Notes under the pieces: model-generated
Databases searched by the model: none
Told to the model about the DNA's origin: nothing
The model's input: the letters and a program-made list of their open reading frames with translations, nothing else
IMG/VR virus record: IMGVR_UViG_3300032038_000047
Span: 22,993-86,992 of that record
Direction: 5' to 3' (one strand)
DNA: 64,000 nt
From: a virus
Lineage: Duplodnaviria > Heunggongvirae > Uroviricota > Caudoviricetes
Made by a program: the position numbers and the translations under genes
Shown: positions 19,039 to 26,550 of the stretch, piece after piece
Layout of the letters: each line of letters starts with the position of its first letter
Numbering within the stretch: the stretch's first letter is position 1

Positions 19039-19217
19039 TCAGATGTAGAATGTCTCCGATTGTATCATAAGCCCTCCGTGTTTGAAAGGACAGAACCAAT
19101 CTATTTTGTGACGACGGAACAATCTGTGCGCATGTTGTTCCAATAGTAATTGCCGTGCGCAGGTGTCCGGTTCTTATGGTATATTCTCTACATCTTAATA
19201 TTTTGGAGGTATAGAGA

Positions 19218-19463
19218 ATGCCAAAACTAAAAAAGTCGCCAACAGAACTGGCGAACACATACTTGCTGACGGCCATCGGTTCGTCAGCTATTTTTTATGC
19301 TAATTCGCCCCTGCAGCAGGCAAGAATTGTTGGCTTGTCCCGGGCCAGCTGGTATCGCCGGCTGAAAGCACCGGGAACCTTTACTGTTGATGAACTCCGA
19401 AAGCTTGCCAGGCACTATCGCTGGGATAACGACACCCTGCTGAAGATTGTGGGGTGGCAGTGA
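19218..19463 (+). CDS. Small HTH DNA-binding protein, excisionase or Cro-like candidate
   Basis: 81 aa. 'ARIVGLSRASWYRRLK' is an HTH-like segment. It is the first + strand gene after int. Confidence 0.4.
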   Translation: MPKLKKSPTELANTYLLTAIGSSAIFYANSPLQQARIVGLSRASWYRRLKAPGTFTVDELRKLARHYRWDNDTLLKIVGWQ

Positions 19464-19879
19464 TGGGATATTTGAAAGCAGAACTGTCACTCAAAAGTCC
19501 ATATCACATCACCAAGCATCGGCAGTATGAGCTGATGCACTTTTGTTTGCAGTACCCGGAGTGGAAAGCAGAGTACCATGATATTTATGAGGCGATTGGC
19601 AGCATCCAACGGTCAGAAGTGGCAATTGTCCATGAGAAAGGCAGACCGGTGGAAGATCTGGCTGAGCGGCTGACGGAACTGCGGGCGGCAATGGAGCTGG
19701 TTGAGAAAGCTGCTGACTATGCTGACAGAGAGTTGCGAGAGTTCATTATTCTCGCCGCAACAAAAGACGTGAAATACCCGGCGCTCAGTACTCGCTATGG
19801 GGTGCCCTGCGGAAAGGACCTGTGGTACAGCACATACCGGAAGTTTTTCTGGATACTAAGTCAGATGAAGGGGCTGTGA
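19454..19879 (+). CDS. Hypothetical regulatory protein
   Basis: 141 aa ORF in the lysogeny/early region. A role as an ArpU/RinA-like late regulator is speculative. Confidence 0.35.
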   Translation: MAVMGYLKAELSLKSPYHITKHRQYELMHFCLQYPEWKAEYHDIYEAIGSIQRSEVAIVHEKGRPVEDLAERLTELRAAMELVEKAADYADRELREFIILAATKDVKYPALSTRYGVPCGKDLWYSTYRKFFWILSQMKGL

Positions 19880-19904
19880 TGCGGCTCCCGATTATTTTTT
19901 ACTA

Positions 19905-19932
19905 TCCGCAAAAATTACAAGTTCTATAATGG
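19905..19932 (+). promoter_or_regulatory. Phage-specific promoter motif with a downstream UACG-loop hairpin
   Basis: TCCGCAAAAATTACAAGTTCTATAATGG is followed by GAACC-TACG-GGTTC and TATATATTTTTT at 19932-19957. Confidence 0.5.
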
Positions 19933-20029
19933 AACCTACGGGTTCTATATATTTTTTGCAGGAGGTAACGTTGTGGTCAGCTTGACAAGAAAGGCTGGAA
20001 TCAGTATAGTGAGAAAGGAGGGAGGTGCC

Positions 20030-20184
20030 AAATGAATATGTCGGAAACAGCACGTATCATTATCGGCCTCCGGTCTAAGGGATGGTCTGACACGGAAATT
20101 GCGGACTTCATCCTCTGGGTTGAAACCGGAGATACACAGTATCAGCCAAAGGAACCGCCCGATACTGCCGCAGCAAAAGAATAG
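20030..20184 (+). CDS. Small hypothetical protein (51 aa)
   Basis: ATG at 20030 with GGAGGGAGG RBS. 'ARIIIGLRSKGWSDTEIADFI' resembles a sigma-R4/LuxR-type HTH. A terminator follows at 20196-20235. Confidence 0.4.
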
Positions 20185-20195
20185 TAACAGACACA

Positions 20196-20235
20196 AGACC
20201 GCTCAACCGTAACTGGCTGGGCGGTCTTTTTGCGT
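20196..20235 (+). terminator. Rho-independent terminator
   Basis: AGACCGC...GCGGTCT hairpin followed by TTTTTGCGTTTT. Confidence 0.55.
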
Positions 20236-20254
20236 TTTAAGGAGGTAATTCAAA

Positions 20255-20470
20255 ATGGGAGTAATTAAATTCGCCGATGTGGATAGACGGTTGCTTTTCA
20301 AATACATTATGCATTGTGATAGAAGTATGTACTGGTATGATGGGATTATTCAGAGGCTCATGGAAGGAGTAATCTTTATCCGTGCTCGACGCATTGGCTG
20401 CAAAGGAATAGATGATTGGATCAATATGCAGCCACCTATCTGGGAGAACCCCGGCATGTTCTATCGTTAA
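20255..20470 (+). CDS. Small hypothetical protein
   Basis: 71 aa. The ATG lies inside the conserved AATTCAAAATGGGAG element. Confidence 0.4.
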   Translation: MGVIKFADVDRRLLFKYIMHCDRSMYWYDGIIQRLMEGVIFIRARRIGCKGIDDWINMQPPIWENPGMFYR

Positions 20471-20700
20471 TATAGTATATTTAGCACGGCTTGATCCCAA
20501 ATGATGATCGAGGGAACTGGGCCATAAGTTTGTCTGGTATATGCTTCACGATACTCGCCATATCGTTTTCCGGTTTCTGTAAGCTTCCATCCCGTGCCCT
20601 GTTTCACTATTAATCCAGCTGCCTGCGCACGTTTATTAAAGTCCTGAGCAGACTTATGCATTTGCCTGGCAAGCTCTGATGCTGTTTTACGTTTGCTCAC
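20467..20700 (-). CDS. Small DNA-binding-like protein on the minus strand, repressor candidate
   Basis: 77 aa, basic. It is transcribed divergently from 20782(+), with partial palindromes (ATGTG...CACAT) in the intergenic region. Confidence 0.4.
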   Translation of the reverse strand: MSKRKTASELARQMHKSAQDFNKRAQAAGLIVKQGTGWKLTETGKRYGEYREAYTRQTYGPVPSIIIWDQAVLNILY

Positions 20701-20781
20701 ATTTCATACGTCTCCTGTATGTGTTACTACCATTGTATCACATATGGGAGGCATTTTCAATTTTAAAGGAGGTAATTCAAA

Positions 20782-21015
20782 ATGGGAGGTAAAAACCCGA
20801 TCTACAAATACACCCTGTCGCCATATGACGTAAATGACCACAATGCTCCGGTGGCGCACTACTGTTCCCTGTGCCGGACGCATCATACGATTCCACGGAA
20901 GGACTGGGTGCTGTTGGTTCGGACAAATCGGATCACAAAGCGGCAGGTCCTTCGTCTGGCCTGCAAGAACAGTGTGTGGAAATCCGGATATATTGGAAAG
21001 GAGGCATTGCAATGA
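20782..21015 (+). CDS. Small Cys-rich hypothetical protein
   Basis: 77 aa. The ATG lies inside the AATTCAAAATGGGAGG element. There are several Cys/His residues. Confidence 0.4.
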   Translation: MGGKNPIYKYTLSPYDVNDHNAPVAHYCSLCRTHHTIPRKDWVLLVRTNRITKRQVLRLACKNSVWKSGYIGKEALQ

Positions 21016-21227
21016 ACCTGCTTCAGATAGCGAAACCGGTTGCCGTTGGTCTATGTTTGGCCAGCGGTTTTCTTATGTACCAGTGCGGAAGGGCCGATGC
21101 GGTGGACGGCATGTTCAATATGCAGATGGACGAGGAGGTCACCTTCGTTCGTGAGGATGGCAGTCGTTTCAAACTGAAAGTTGTGGAGGATGATCAGTAT
21201 GAAGATCGTAGTTCGATGCAGGGATGA
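21013..21227 (+). CDS. Small hypothetical protein
   Basis: In-frame ATG with AAAGGAGG RBS. There is an N-terminal hydrophobic segment. Confidence 0.35.
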
Positions 21228-21381
21228 TAGAATGTATAATTTTGTCTTCGCGGAGTGCCAGTATGACGTGCGTCAGCAATCCTGGATCGTACAGGACAGG
21301 GATGGCTCACAACATTATTTTCCGAGTGTAAACGTTGTCCATCTGCAATGCTCCAAAGACGATACTCCCGTTAAGCGGTGA
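21199..21381 (+). CDS. Small hypothetical protein
   Basis: About 60 aa ORF that overlaps the previous gene. Confidence 0.3.
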   Translation: MKIVVRCRDDRMYNFVFAECQYDVRQQSWIVQDRDGSQHYFPSVNVVHLQCSKDDTPVKR

Positions 21382-21386
21382 CTGTG

Positions 21387-21737
21387 ATGGAACGAAGCTA
21401 CACCATATATGAGATTGCCGAGAAGTGCAATGTACACCACAAAACAGTCAATCGGTGGATCAAAACAGGGCTGATGGAGGGATATTTGAAAGGCGGAAAG
21501 TTCCGAGTCCCTCTGTCGGCCTTTTTGCGCTTTCAGGTAGAACACCCTAAGTACAAAACAGAGAACCAGCTGCAGCGAGAGGTATGTTCCGCAGAGCTTG
21601 CCATCTATCAGGAACGGGTATGGGAACTCGCCGACGATATTAAACAGCGGATCGGGGTGCTTTCGGCAGAGCTGACGCAGCTTCAAGATCAGTTGGACCT
21701 GTGTAAAAAGATATTTGAAAGGATTGATCAGATATGA
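21387..21737 (+). CDS. HTH_17/excisionase-family (MerR-like) DNA-binding protein
   Basis: 'YTIYEIAEKCNVHHKTVNRWIKTGLMEGYLKGGKFRV' is a typical excisionase/MerR-type HTH. The C-terminus is a coiled coil. Confidence 0.55.
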   Translation: MERSYTIYEIAEKCNVHHKTVNRWIKTGLMEGYLKGGKFRVPLSAFLRFQVEHPKYKTENQLQREVCSAELAIYQERVWELADDIKQRIGVLSAELTQLQDQLDLCKKIFERIDQI

Positions 21738-22276
21738 CAAAAAACGAACGAATCCATGAATTTGACGTACTGCTTCGGGATGTTCCGAACAGTACCCGGA
21801 TGCGGGATTGGCTGATAGACCACGACTTTTTCAGGGTTCCTGCCAGCAGAAAGTATCATGGTGCCTATGAGGGAGGATTGTTTGACCATTCGTTGCAGGT
21901 GGCGCAGCATCTGATAGCGCTCACGGAAAACAATAACCTTCAGTGGAAGCGTCCGGAATCCCCTGTGCTGGTAGGGATATTCCACGACCTCTGCAAGATC
22001 GACCAGTATATCTGCACCGGGACGGATTACGAGGGGCACAACCAGTATAAGTGGAATGACAACCAGCTCCTCAAAGGCCATGGTGACAAATCTATTATCC
22101 TTCTAAGCCAACTCACGACGCTGACAGAGGAGGAAATCCTGTGCATCCGATACCATATGGGGGCCTTTGTGGAGAAAGAGGAATGGAACGACTACACCAG
22201 AGCCGTGGAGAAGTGTCCGAACGTGCTCTGGACTCATCAGGCGGACATGCTGGCAAGTCATGTTGACGGCGTCTGA
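21734..22276 (+). CDS. HD-domain phosphohydrolase
   Basis: 'HSLQVAQHL...FHDLCKID' contains the H...HD metal-binding motifs. Confidence 0.6.
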   Translation: MTKNERIHEFDVLLRDVPNSTRMRDWLIDHDFFRVPASRKYHGAYEGGLFDHSLQVAQHLIALTENNNLQWKRPESPVLVGIFHDLCKIDQYICTGTDYEGHNQYKWNDNQLLKGHGDKSIILLSQLTTLTEEEILCIRYHMGAFVEKEEWNDYTRAVEKCPNVLWTHQADMLASHVDGV

Positions 22277-22346
22277 TTATATTCAGCAAAAAAAGCAAGT
22301 CCTATAACGGAAGTAATTCCAAGAAATCTGAAAGGAGTTTGATACT

Positions 22347-22790
22347 ATGGAATTTAGAGATCGCATTGATGAGGAATTGGAGCGAGTTTGCAACAAGATG
22401 AAGTCGGCGACCCCTGGCACGGATCAGTACGTACAGCTTCTGACGGAGGTGGAACGGCTCGCCAAGCTGATCGGTAACGAGGACCGACTGGAGTTGGAGA
22501 AGCTGGACAGTCAGGCCAAGCGTGACCTTGATGAGGACAAGCAGCGGCTCGCGGAAGTGGAAAGCGAGCGCAACTATGAACTCGCCAAGGATCAGGCAAA
22601 GGCCGAAGCTGCCACAGCGGCCAACGAACGGGAGGTCACGGACCGGGACAGCAAGCGCGGGATCGTGAAATCTCTGATCGGGGCTGGCGCGATGCTGGCC
22701 ATGGGGGTGCTGACGATCTACAGTGAGGAAAGTCGCATCATCACATCGAAGGCGTGGAGCTTTGTCTCCAAAGTGATGCCTAAGATTTAA
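22347..22790 (+). CDS. Coiled-coil protein with a C-terminal TM segment
   Basis: 147 aa. The N-terminal region is charged and coiled-coil-like. The C-terminus 'LIGAGAMLAMGVLTIY' is hydrophobic. Confidence 0.45.
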   Translation: MEFRDRIDEELERVCNKMKSATPGTDQYVQLLTEVERLAKLIGNEDRLELEKLDSQAKRDLDEDKQRLAEVESERNYELAKDQAKAEAATAANEREVTDRDSKRGIVKSLIGAGAMLAMGVLTIYSEESRIITSKAWSFVSKVMPKI

Positions 22791-22809
22791 GAAAGGAACT
22801 ATTTCGGCG

Positions 22810-22848
22810 GGAGGACCTGTAACAGGGTCCTTTCGCTTTGTCTTTTCA
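22810..22848 (+). terminator. Rho-independent terminator with GTAACAG loop
   Basis: GAGGACCTGTAACAGGGTCCTT followed by a T-rich tail. Confidence 0.55.
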
Positions 22849-22871
22849 CAATTCAAAATGGGAGGTTTTAC

Positions 22872-23034
22872 TATGGGTGTTTTCAAGGATATTATGACTG
22901 ATCTGATGGACCATGAGGACGAGGTTGAGCTTCTCACCGGCGTCATGCCAGAGGATCTTCCGGACTACTTTGACACGAAGGAAATCACAGACCTTTGGCA
23001 GACAATTCAAAAGATTGAGGTGAAACGGTTTTGA
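22872..23034 (+). CDS. Small acidic hypothetical protein (53 aa)
   Basis: ATG 8 nt after the GGGAGG of the AATTCAAAATGGGAGG element. Confidence 0.35.
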
Positions 23035-23615
23035 CGGATGAACGCTTTGTGTATGAGAGTGATATTCGCAGCAAAAAGAACATCGCTCACCAGGCAATCC
23101 ATCGAAAGAACGGCAGCAAGTCCAAGAAATGCACGCTGCCCCATGATGGACTTTCTCAGAAACAGTGGAAGGAGCTGAACGGTCCGGTGCAAACGGTCAA
23201 TCTCAATGCGCCTATCGCATGGAAAGACTTCAAGGCGCTAAGTTCACAGATGCAAGAAAGCTACGTGATGAACCTGATTCGGAAGTATGATATTTCTCAA
23301 GTCGACTTTGCTGAATTAGTAGGGATCAGCGGCCCGGTCGTGAACAAATATTTTAAAGGTAGAAACATCAAATTTGGAAAGGGCAAGAAAGGGCGTTCCA
23401 GGAAGCAGGAGGACGCATGGATTGCGTTTGTCTGTGATATTCCTGAAACAGAGGTTGCAAATAATGAAACTTATGTAAAGCCAACTCCGTGTGAAGTGTC
23501 TCTGGTATTCCGCGGTAAACTCAAGCTGGATGATATTCTCAGCAGTTTGAAAGAGACCTTTGGAGATACGGTGGATGGCTGCATTCGGGTTACTTTTGAA
23601 AAGGAGGGTGCATAG
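23031..23615 (+). CDS. HTH-containing hypothetical protein
   Basis: 194 aa. 'ISQVDFAELVGISGPVVNKYF' is an XRE-like HTH. The start is probably non-ATG (TTG). Confidence 0.4.
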   Translation: MTDERFVYESDIRSKKNIAHQAIHRKNGSKSKKCTLPHDGLSQKQWKELNGPVQTVNLNAPIAWKDFKALSSQMQESYVMNLIRKYDISQVDFAELVGISGPVVNKYFKGRNIKFGKGKKGRSRKQEDAWIAFVCDIPETEVANNETYVKPTPCEVSLVFRGKLKLDDILSSLKETFGDTVDGCIRVTFEKEGA

Positions 23616-24607
23616 TGGGAAAAGATTCAAGTTATATTTGGGATCCGGAAAGACTAAGATTTCTGCTTGGTCAGGCCGGCATTTCGGGGGCAGAGCTCGG
23701 CAAGCAATGTGACCTTTCTAGCAAGTCTGTAGCCGACTATCTGTCCGGTGCCAGTGTGCCCGGCCTCCAAAACCTGATCAGGATCGCCGATTATTTCTGT
23801 GTACCGGTGGATTATCTGATCGGGAGGGTATCTTATTACGACGCCAAGGCTATTCAGAAGGATTTTCGGTGCAGTTATATGCGCCTTAGGCATGCCGCGT
23901 ACGAAAAATATATTCGGAGCAGCCACAGTAACCAACGGCCAATCGACCCGAATGACGATATTCTCCCAGTGTGGCCCTACAATCTGGTGGATGAGATATT
24001 CAAAGAGCCTACCGAGGACGTTCTCAATGACGATCAGTTGGTGGGGCTTCAGAACGCCCTTGATACGCTGACTGACCGCGAGCGGGAGGTTGTGCATTTA
24101 TATTATAAGAACGGGCTTACCCTTCGGCAGGTTGGTGAAATAGAGTCAGTAGGCCCTGCGCGAATCCGCCAGATCCTTGCCAAGTCTCTTCGAAAACTTC
24201 GGCATCCCAGCAGAGCAAATCAGATCCGGCTCGGTGCAGAGTTGGCAAAGAAAGAATCCTTTGTAAAAACCAAAGAGGCGGAACTGGAGGCGCGGCTGAA
24301 AGTAGTTGCAGAGCATGAGGAATCCTTAAAAGCTGTAAAAGACCCTAGTATGCCAACTAAGCGCACGATATCGCTGGTTGACCTGGATTTGTCAGTTCGG
24401 TCCTACAATTGTCTGGCTCGTGGCAGAATCAATACTTTATCGGAACTGATGGACGCTGCAGAGGCTGGCGAACTGGCAAACATCCGTAATCTTGGCAAGA
24501 AGTCAATTCTGGAGATCTGCAACAAAATCTACAGCCTGGCAGGAGTCTCTTATCATGAACGGTATGGTCTTGCTGTCCCGGAGTTAGTTAAAAAGGAGAA
24601 AGCGTAG
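23615..24607 (+). CDS. Fusion protein: XRE-type HTH + sigma-70 region 4 + RNA polymerase alpha-subunit C-terminal domain
   Basis: N-terminus 'LGQAGISGAELGKQCDLSSKSVADYLSG...LIRIADYFCVPVDYLIG' is XRE HTH. The middle 'LTDREREVVHLYYKNGLTLRQVGEIESVGPARIRQILAKSLRKLRHPSR' is sigma-70 region 4.2 (compare 'RIRQIEAKALRKLRHPSR'). The C-terminus 'LDLSVRSYNCLARGRINTLSELM...IRNLGKKSILEI' is alpha-CTD-like (compare 'LELTVRSANCLKAE...NLGKKSLTEI'). Confidence 0.75.
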   Translation: MGKDSSYIWDPERLRFLLGQAGISGAELGKQCDLSSKSVADYLSGASVPGLQNLIRIADYFCVPVDYLIGRVSYYDAKAIQKDFRCSYMRLRHAAYEKYIRSSHSNQRPIDPNDDILPVWPYNLVDEIFKEPTEDVLNDDQLVGLQNALDTLTDREREVVHLYYKNGLTLRQVGEIESVGPARIRQILAKSLRKLRHPSRANQIRLGAELAKKESFVKTKEAELEARLKVVAEHEESLKAVKDPSMPTKRTISLVDLDLSVRSYNCLARGRINTLSELMDAAEAGELANIRNLGKKSILEICNKIYSLAGVSYHERYGLAVPELVKKEKA

Positions 24608-24746
24608 TGGGAAAAGATATTAAGCTGTCGCCAAAGTATGCTTACGAGCTGCTGGAGCAGGTTACAAGGGATTGGTGATATTTTTTCCGCAAAATTAACA
24701 ACCTCTGTAATAGGAGAAATCCAATACTTTATGGAGGTACAAGATT

Positions 24747-24953
24747 ATGACTGGAAGAGTGATATTTAGCGTGGTTTGCCTGGGCATTAGCGTGTTTTCC
24801 ATCGGAGTATCTGCTGGAGCGACGATTCAGCAGCGGCTCGATCGGAAGAGCTACGATGGCCTGTTGGACAACCTGGGCTATGATGTTCACCACATCGGCA
24901 ATCAGGTGGTTGCCATGAGGAAAGGATTTTCAAAGAAAGGATTGGGCCTGTAA
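24747..24953 (+). CDS. Small membrane protein
   Basis: 68 aa with an N-terminal TM helix. It has its own upstream promoter motif (24686-24713) and a downstream terminator. Confidence 0.45.
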   Translation: MTGRVIFSVVCLGISVFSIGVSAGATIQQRLDRKSYDGLLDNLGYDVHHIGNQVVAMRKGFSKKGLGL

Positions 24954-24970
24954 CAGGGCCCTTTCTTTTT
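24944..24970 (+). terminator. Rho-independent terminator with GTAACAG loop
   Basis: GGGCCTGTAACAGGGCCC followed by TTTCTTTTT. Confidence 0.6.
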
Positions 24971-25003
24971 GTCCATCCGCAATTTTTACAACTCCTATAA
25001 TGA

Positions 25004-25135
25004 GGGAAGTGGAATTCGCTGAGTTATGTCGGCGGCCGGTGAAAGTCGGTAACCACATCAATAGTTCAATGGTAGAACACTCCAGTATGGAGAGACGCTC
25101 GTTCGAAGCGAGCAACCCTTATTTTTTTTGCTGGC
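25004..25135 (+). ncRNA. Candidate small RNA (about 125 nt) between a promoter and a terminator, with tRNA-like D-arm and T-arm segments
   Basis: It follows the promoter motif at 24976-25003. It contains AGTTCAATGGTAGAAC (a D-arm-like GG loop) and GCTCG-TTCGAAG-CGAGC (T-arm-like) followed by CCCTTATTTTTTTT. No acceptor pairing was found. The only ORF is 8 codons. Confidence 0.35.
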
Positions 25136-25197
25136 AGGATTGACAGGTATTCTCATATGTGATATTATTGCTCCACTTTTTGGTGAGGAGTGTTAAC

Positions 25198-25401
25198 ATG
25201 CCGAAATGTGAGATGTGCGGACAGTATTTCAATCTGGAAAAAGCGAAAAAAGAGTTTAATCACTATTTCAGCGAGAGTTCTCAGTGGAAGTACGAGTGGG
25301 TAATTAAGAAAGTTTTATGCGACGAATGTGCAATTGGTGACGCAAGTTTACGATGGATGGAAGGAACGCTTGTGGATGAATTTGAGGGAACATACGACTA
25401 A
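25198..25401 (+). CDS. Small zinc-ribbon-like protein
   Basis: 'MPKCEMCGQYF...CDECA' gives CxxC...CxxC. The RBS is GGTGAGGAG. Confidence 0.45.
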   Translation: MPKCEMCGQYFNLEKAKKEFNHYFSESSQWKYEWVIKKVLCDECAIGDASLRWMEGTLVDEFEGTYD

Positions 25402-25510
25402 TACTCCGAGTAGGTAAGAGGCTCCTTATGGGGTCTCTTTTTTTTCAGCAAATTTTACAGCAGCTATAATGGCAATAAATGCTAATTCTATATTCTAGGA
25501 GGAACGTATT

Positions 25511-25777
25511 ATGCGGAGATCAAGTGAACAGAAGAACGACCTGATGTGGAATCTGGTAGTGAGTCATGCTTATCGGATTGAGGCAAAAAAGCGTGAGCTG
25601 GAGAAGATTGGAGGAACCGAATCGACGATTGCAGGAGCGCTGGACATGTCGACAATGGAGTTGAGATGGTGGCATGCCGTTTATGTTACAAATCGGGTTG
25701 AGCAGAAAGAAATGGAGCTTATGCATAAGCGAGAATTGGAGAAAGAAGACGCATTTGAGGAGAAGCAGGGCTCTTAA
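25511..25777 (+). CDS. Small hypothetical protein
   Basis: 88 aa with an upstream promoter motif (25446-25472), AGGAGG RBS and a downstream terminator (25768-25797). Confidence 0.45.
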   Translation: MRRSSEQKNDLMWNLVVSHAYRIEAKKRELEKIGGTESTIAGALDMSTMELRWWHAVYVTNRVEQKEMELMHKRELEKEDAFEEKQGS

Positions 25778-25865
25778 CAGGGCCCTTTTCTTTTGTATCG
25801 TTATATTCCGCAATTTTTACAGGGTATATGATGGAGAATCTCAAAAATTTTTAGGAGGTTATATT

Positions 25866-26009
25866 ATGGGATGCATTATTAAGTACATTGGCATTGGAGC
25901 GTGTATTGGCGTCGGGTATCTGGCGGCCTGCACGGCGATGATGCCCGTTATGCAGAAGATGACGTACCGGATGACAATGAAGAATATTGAGAGGATGTGC
26001 AAGGATTAG
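25866..26009 (+). CDS. 47-aa membrane peptide
   Basis: ATG with AGGAGG RBS. It follows the promoter motif at 25806. The sequence is hydrophobic ('CIIKYIGIGACIGVGYLAACTAMMPV'). A terminator lies at 26008-26036. Confidence 0.4.
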   Translation: MGCIIKYIGIGACIGVGYLAACTAMMPVMQKMTYRMTMKNIERMCKD

Positions 26010-26122
26010 AGCCTGTAACAGGGCTCTTTCCTTTTCTACAGTGTTTTTCCGCAAATTTTGCAAGGTGTAAGATGGAAGGATTATTCACAAAAGAAACTGA
26101 AATTCTGAAAGGAGCAATTATT

Positions 26123-26284
26123 ATGCTGAACAAGATTGGTAACCTGAAGGATAAGATCTGGGTTGAGATGACTGCCCGGAAGCTGGAGAAGGAAGCCAAG
26201 CCAAAGAAGAGCATGGATGAGATCCTGAGAGAGAAACAGGAGGACATGATGTGGGCGATCCATGGACCGAACGCGGGGGCTTAA
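26123..26284 (+). CDS. Small hypothetical protein (53 aa)
   Basis: AAAGGAGCA RBS. It lies between the promoter motif at 26048 and the terminator at 26274-26303. Confidence 0.4.
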   Translation: MLNKIGNLKDKIWVEMTARKLEKEAKPKKSMDEILREKQEDMMWAIHGPNAGA

Positions 26285-26374
26285 CAGCTCCCCATTCTTT
26301 TTCACAACCGTTATATTTTTTCAGCAAGAATTACAGCGACAATAATGGAACAAAACTTAAAGGAGGAATTTGTA

Positions 26375-26533
26375 ATGGATGAACTGTTGAGCTTTGATGC
26401 CCTGCAGTGGCTGATGTCGGTTGGTTACGGTCAGAAGACGCATGAGGAGCGTATGGTGCTCATCAAGGCGGCTAAGATCGCTTACCCGAATGATAACGAG
26501 CAGGACGCAATTGACTTCGACAAAAGGGTCTGA
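26375..26533 (+). CDS. Small hypothetical protein (52 aa)
   Basis: AGGAGG RBS, downstream of the promoter motif at 26321. Confidence 0.4.
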   Translation: MDELLSFDALQWLMSVGYGQKTHEERMVLIKAAKIAYPNDNEQDAIDFDKRV

Positions 26534-26550
26534 CAAGGCCCTCCTTTTTT

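Noticed and set aside
19454-19879. Sigma factor or ArpU-family late regulator responsible for the promoter motif.
   Set aside because: There is no recognisable sigma region 2 or 4 sequence. Only position and size are suggestive, so it is kept as hypothetical.
25050-25135. Full tRNA gene.
   Set aside because: D-arm-like and T-arm-like segments are present, but no acceptor-stem pairing or anticodon stem could be formed. It is treated as a tRNA-derived small RNA or terminator instead.
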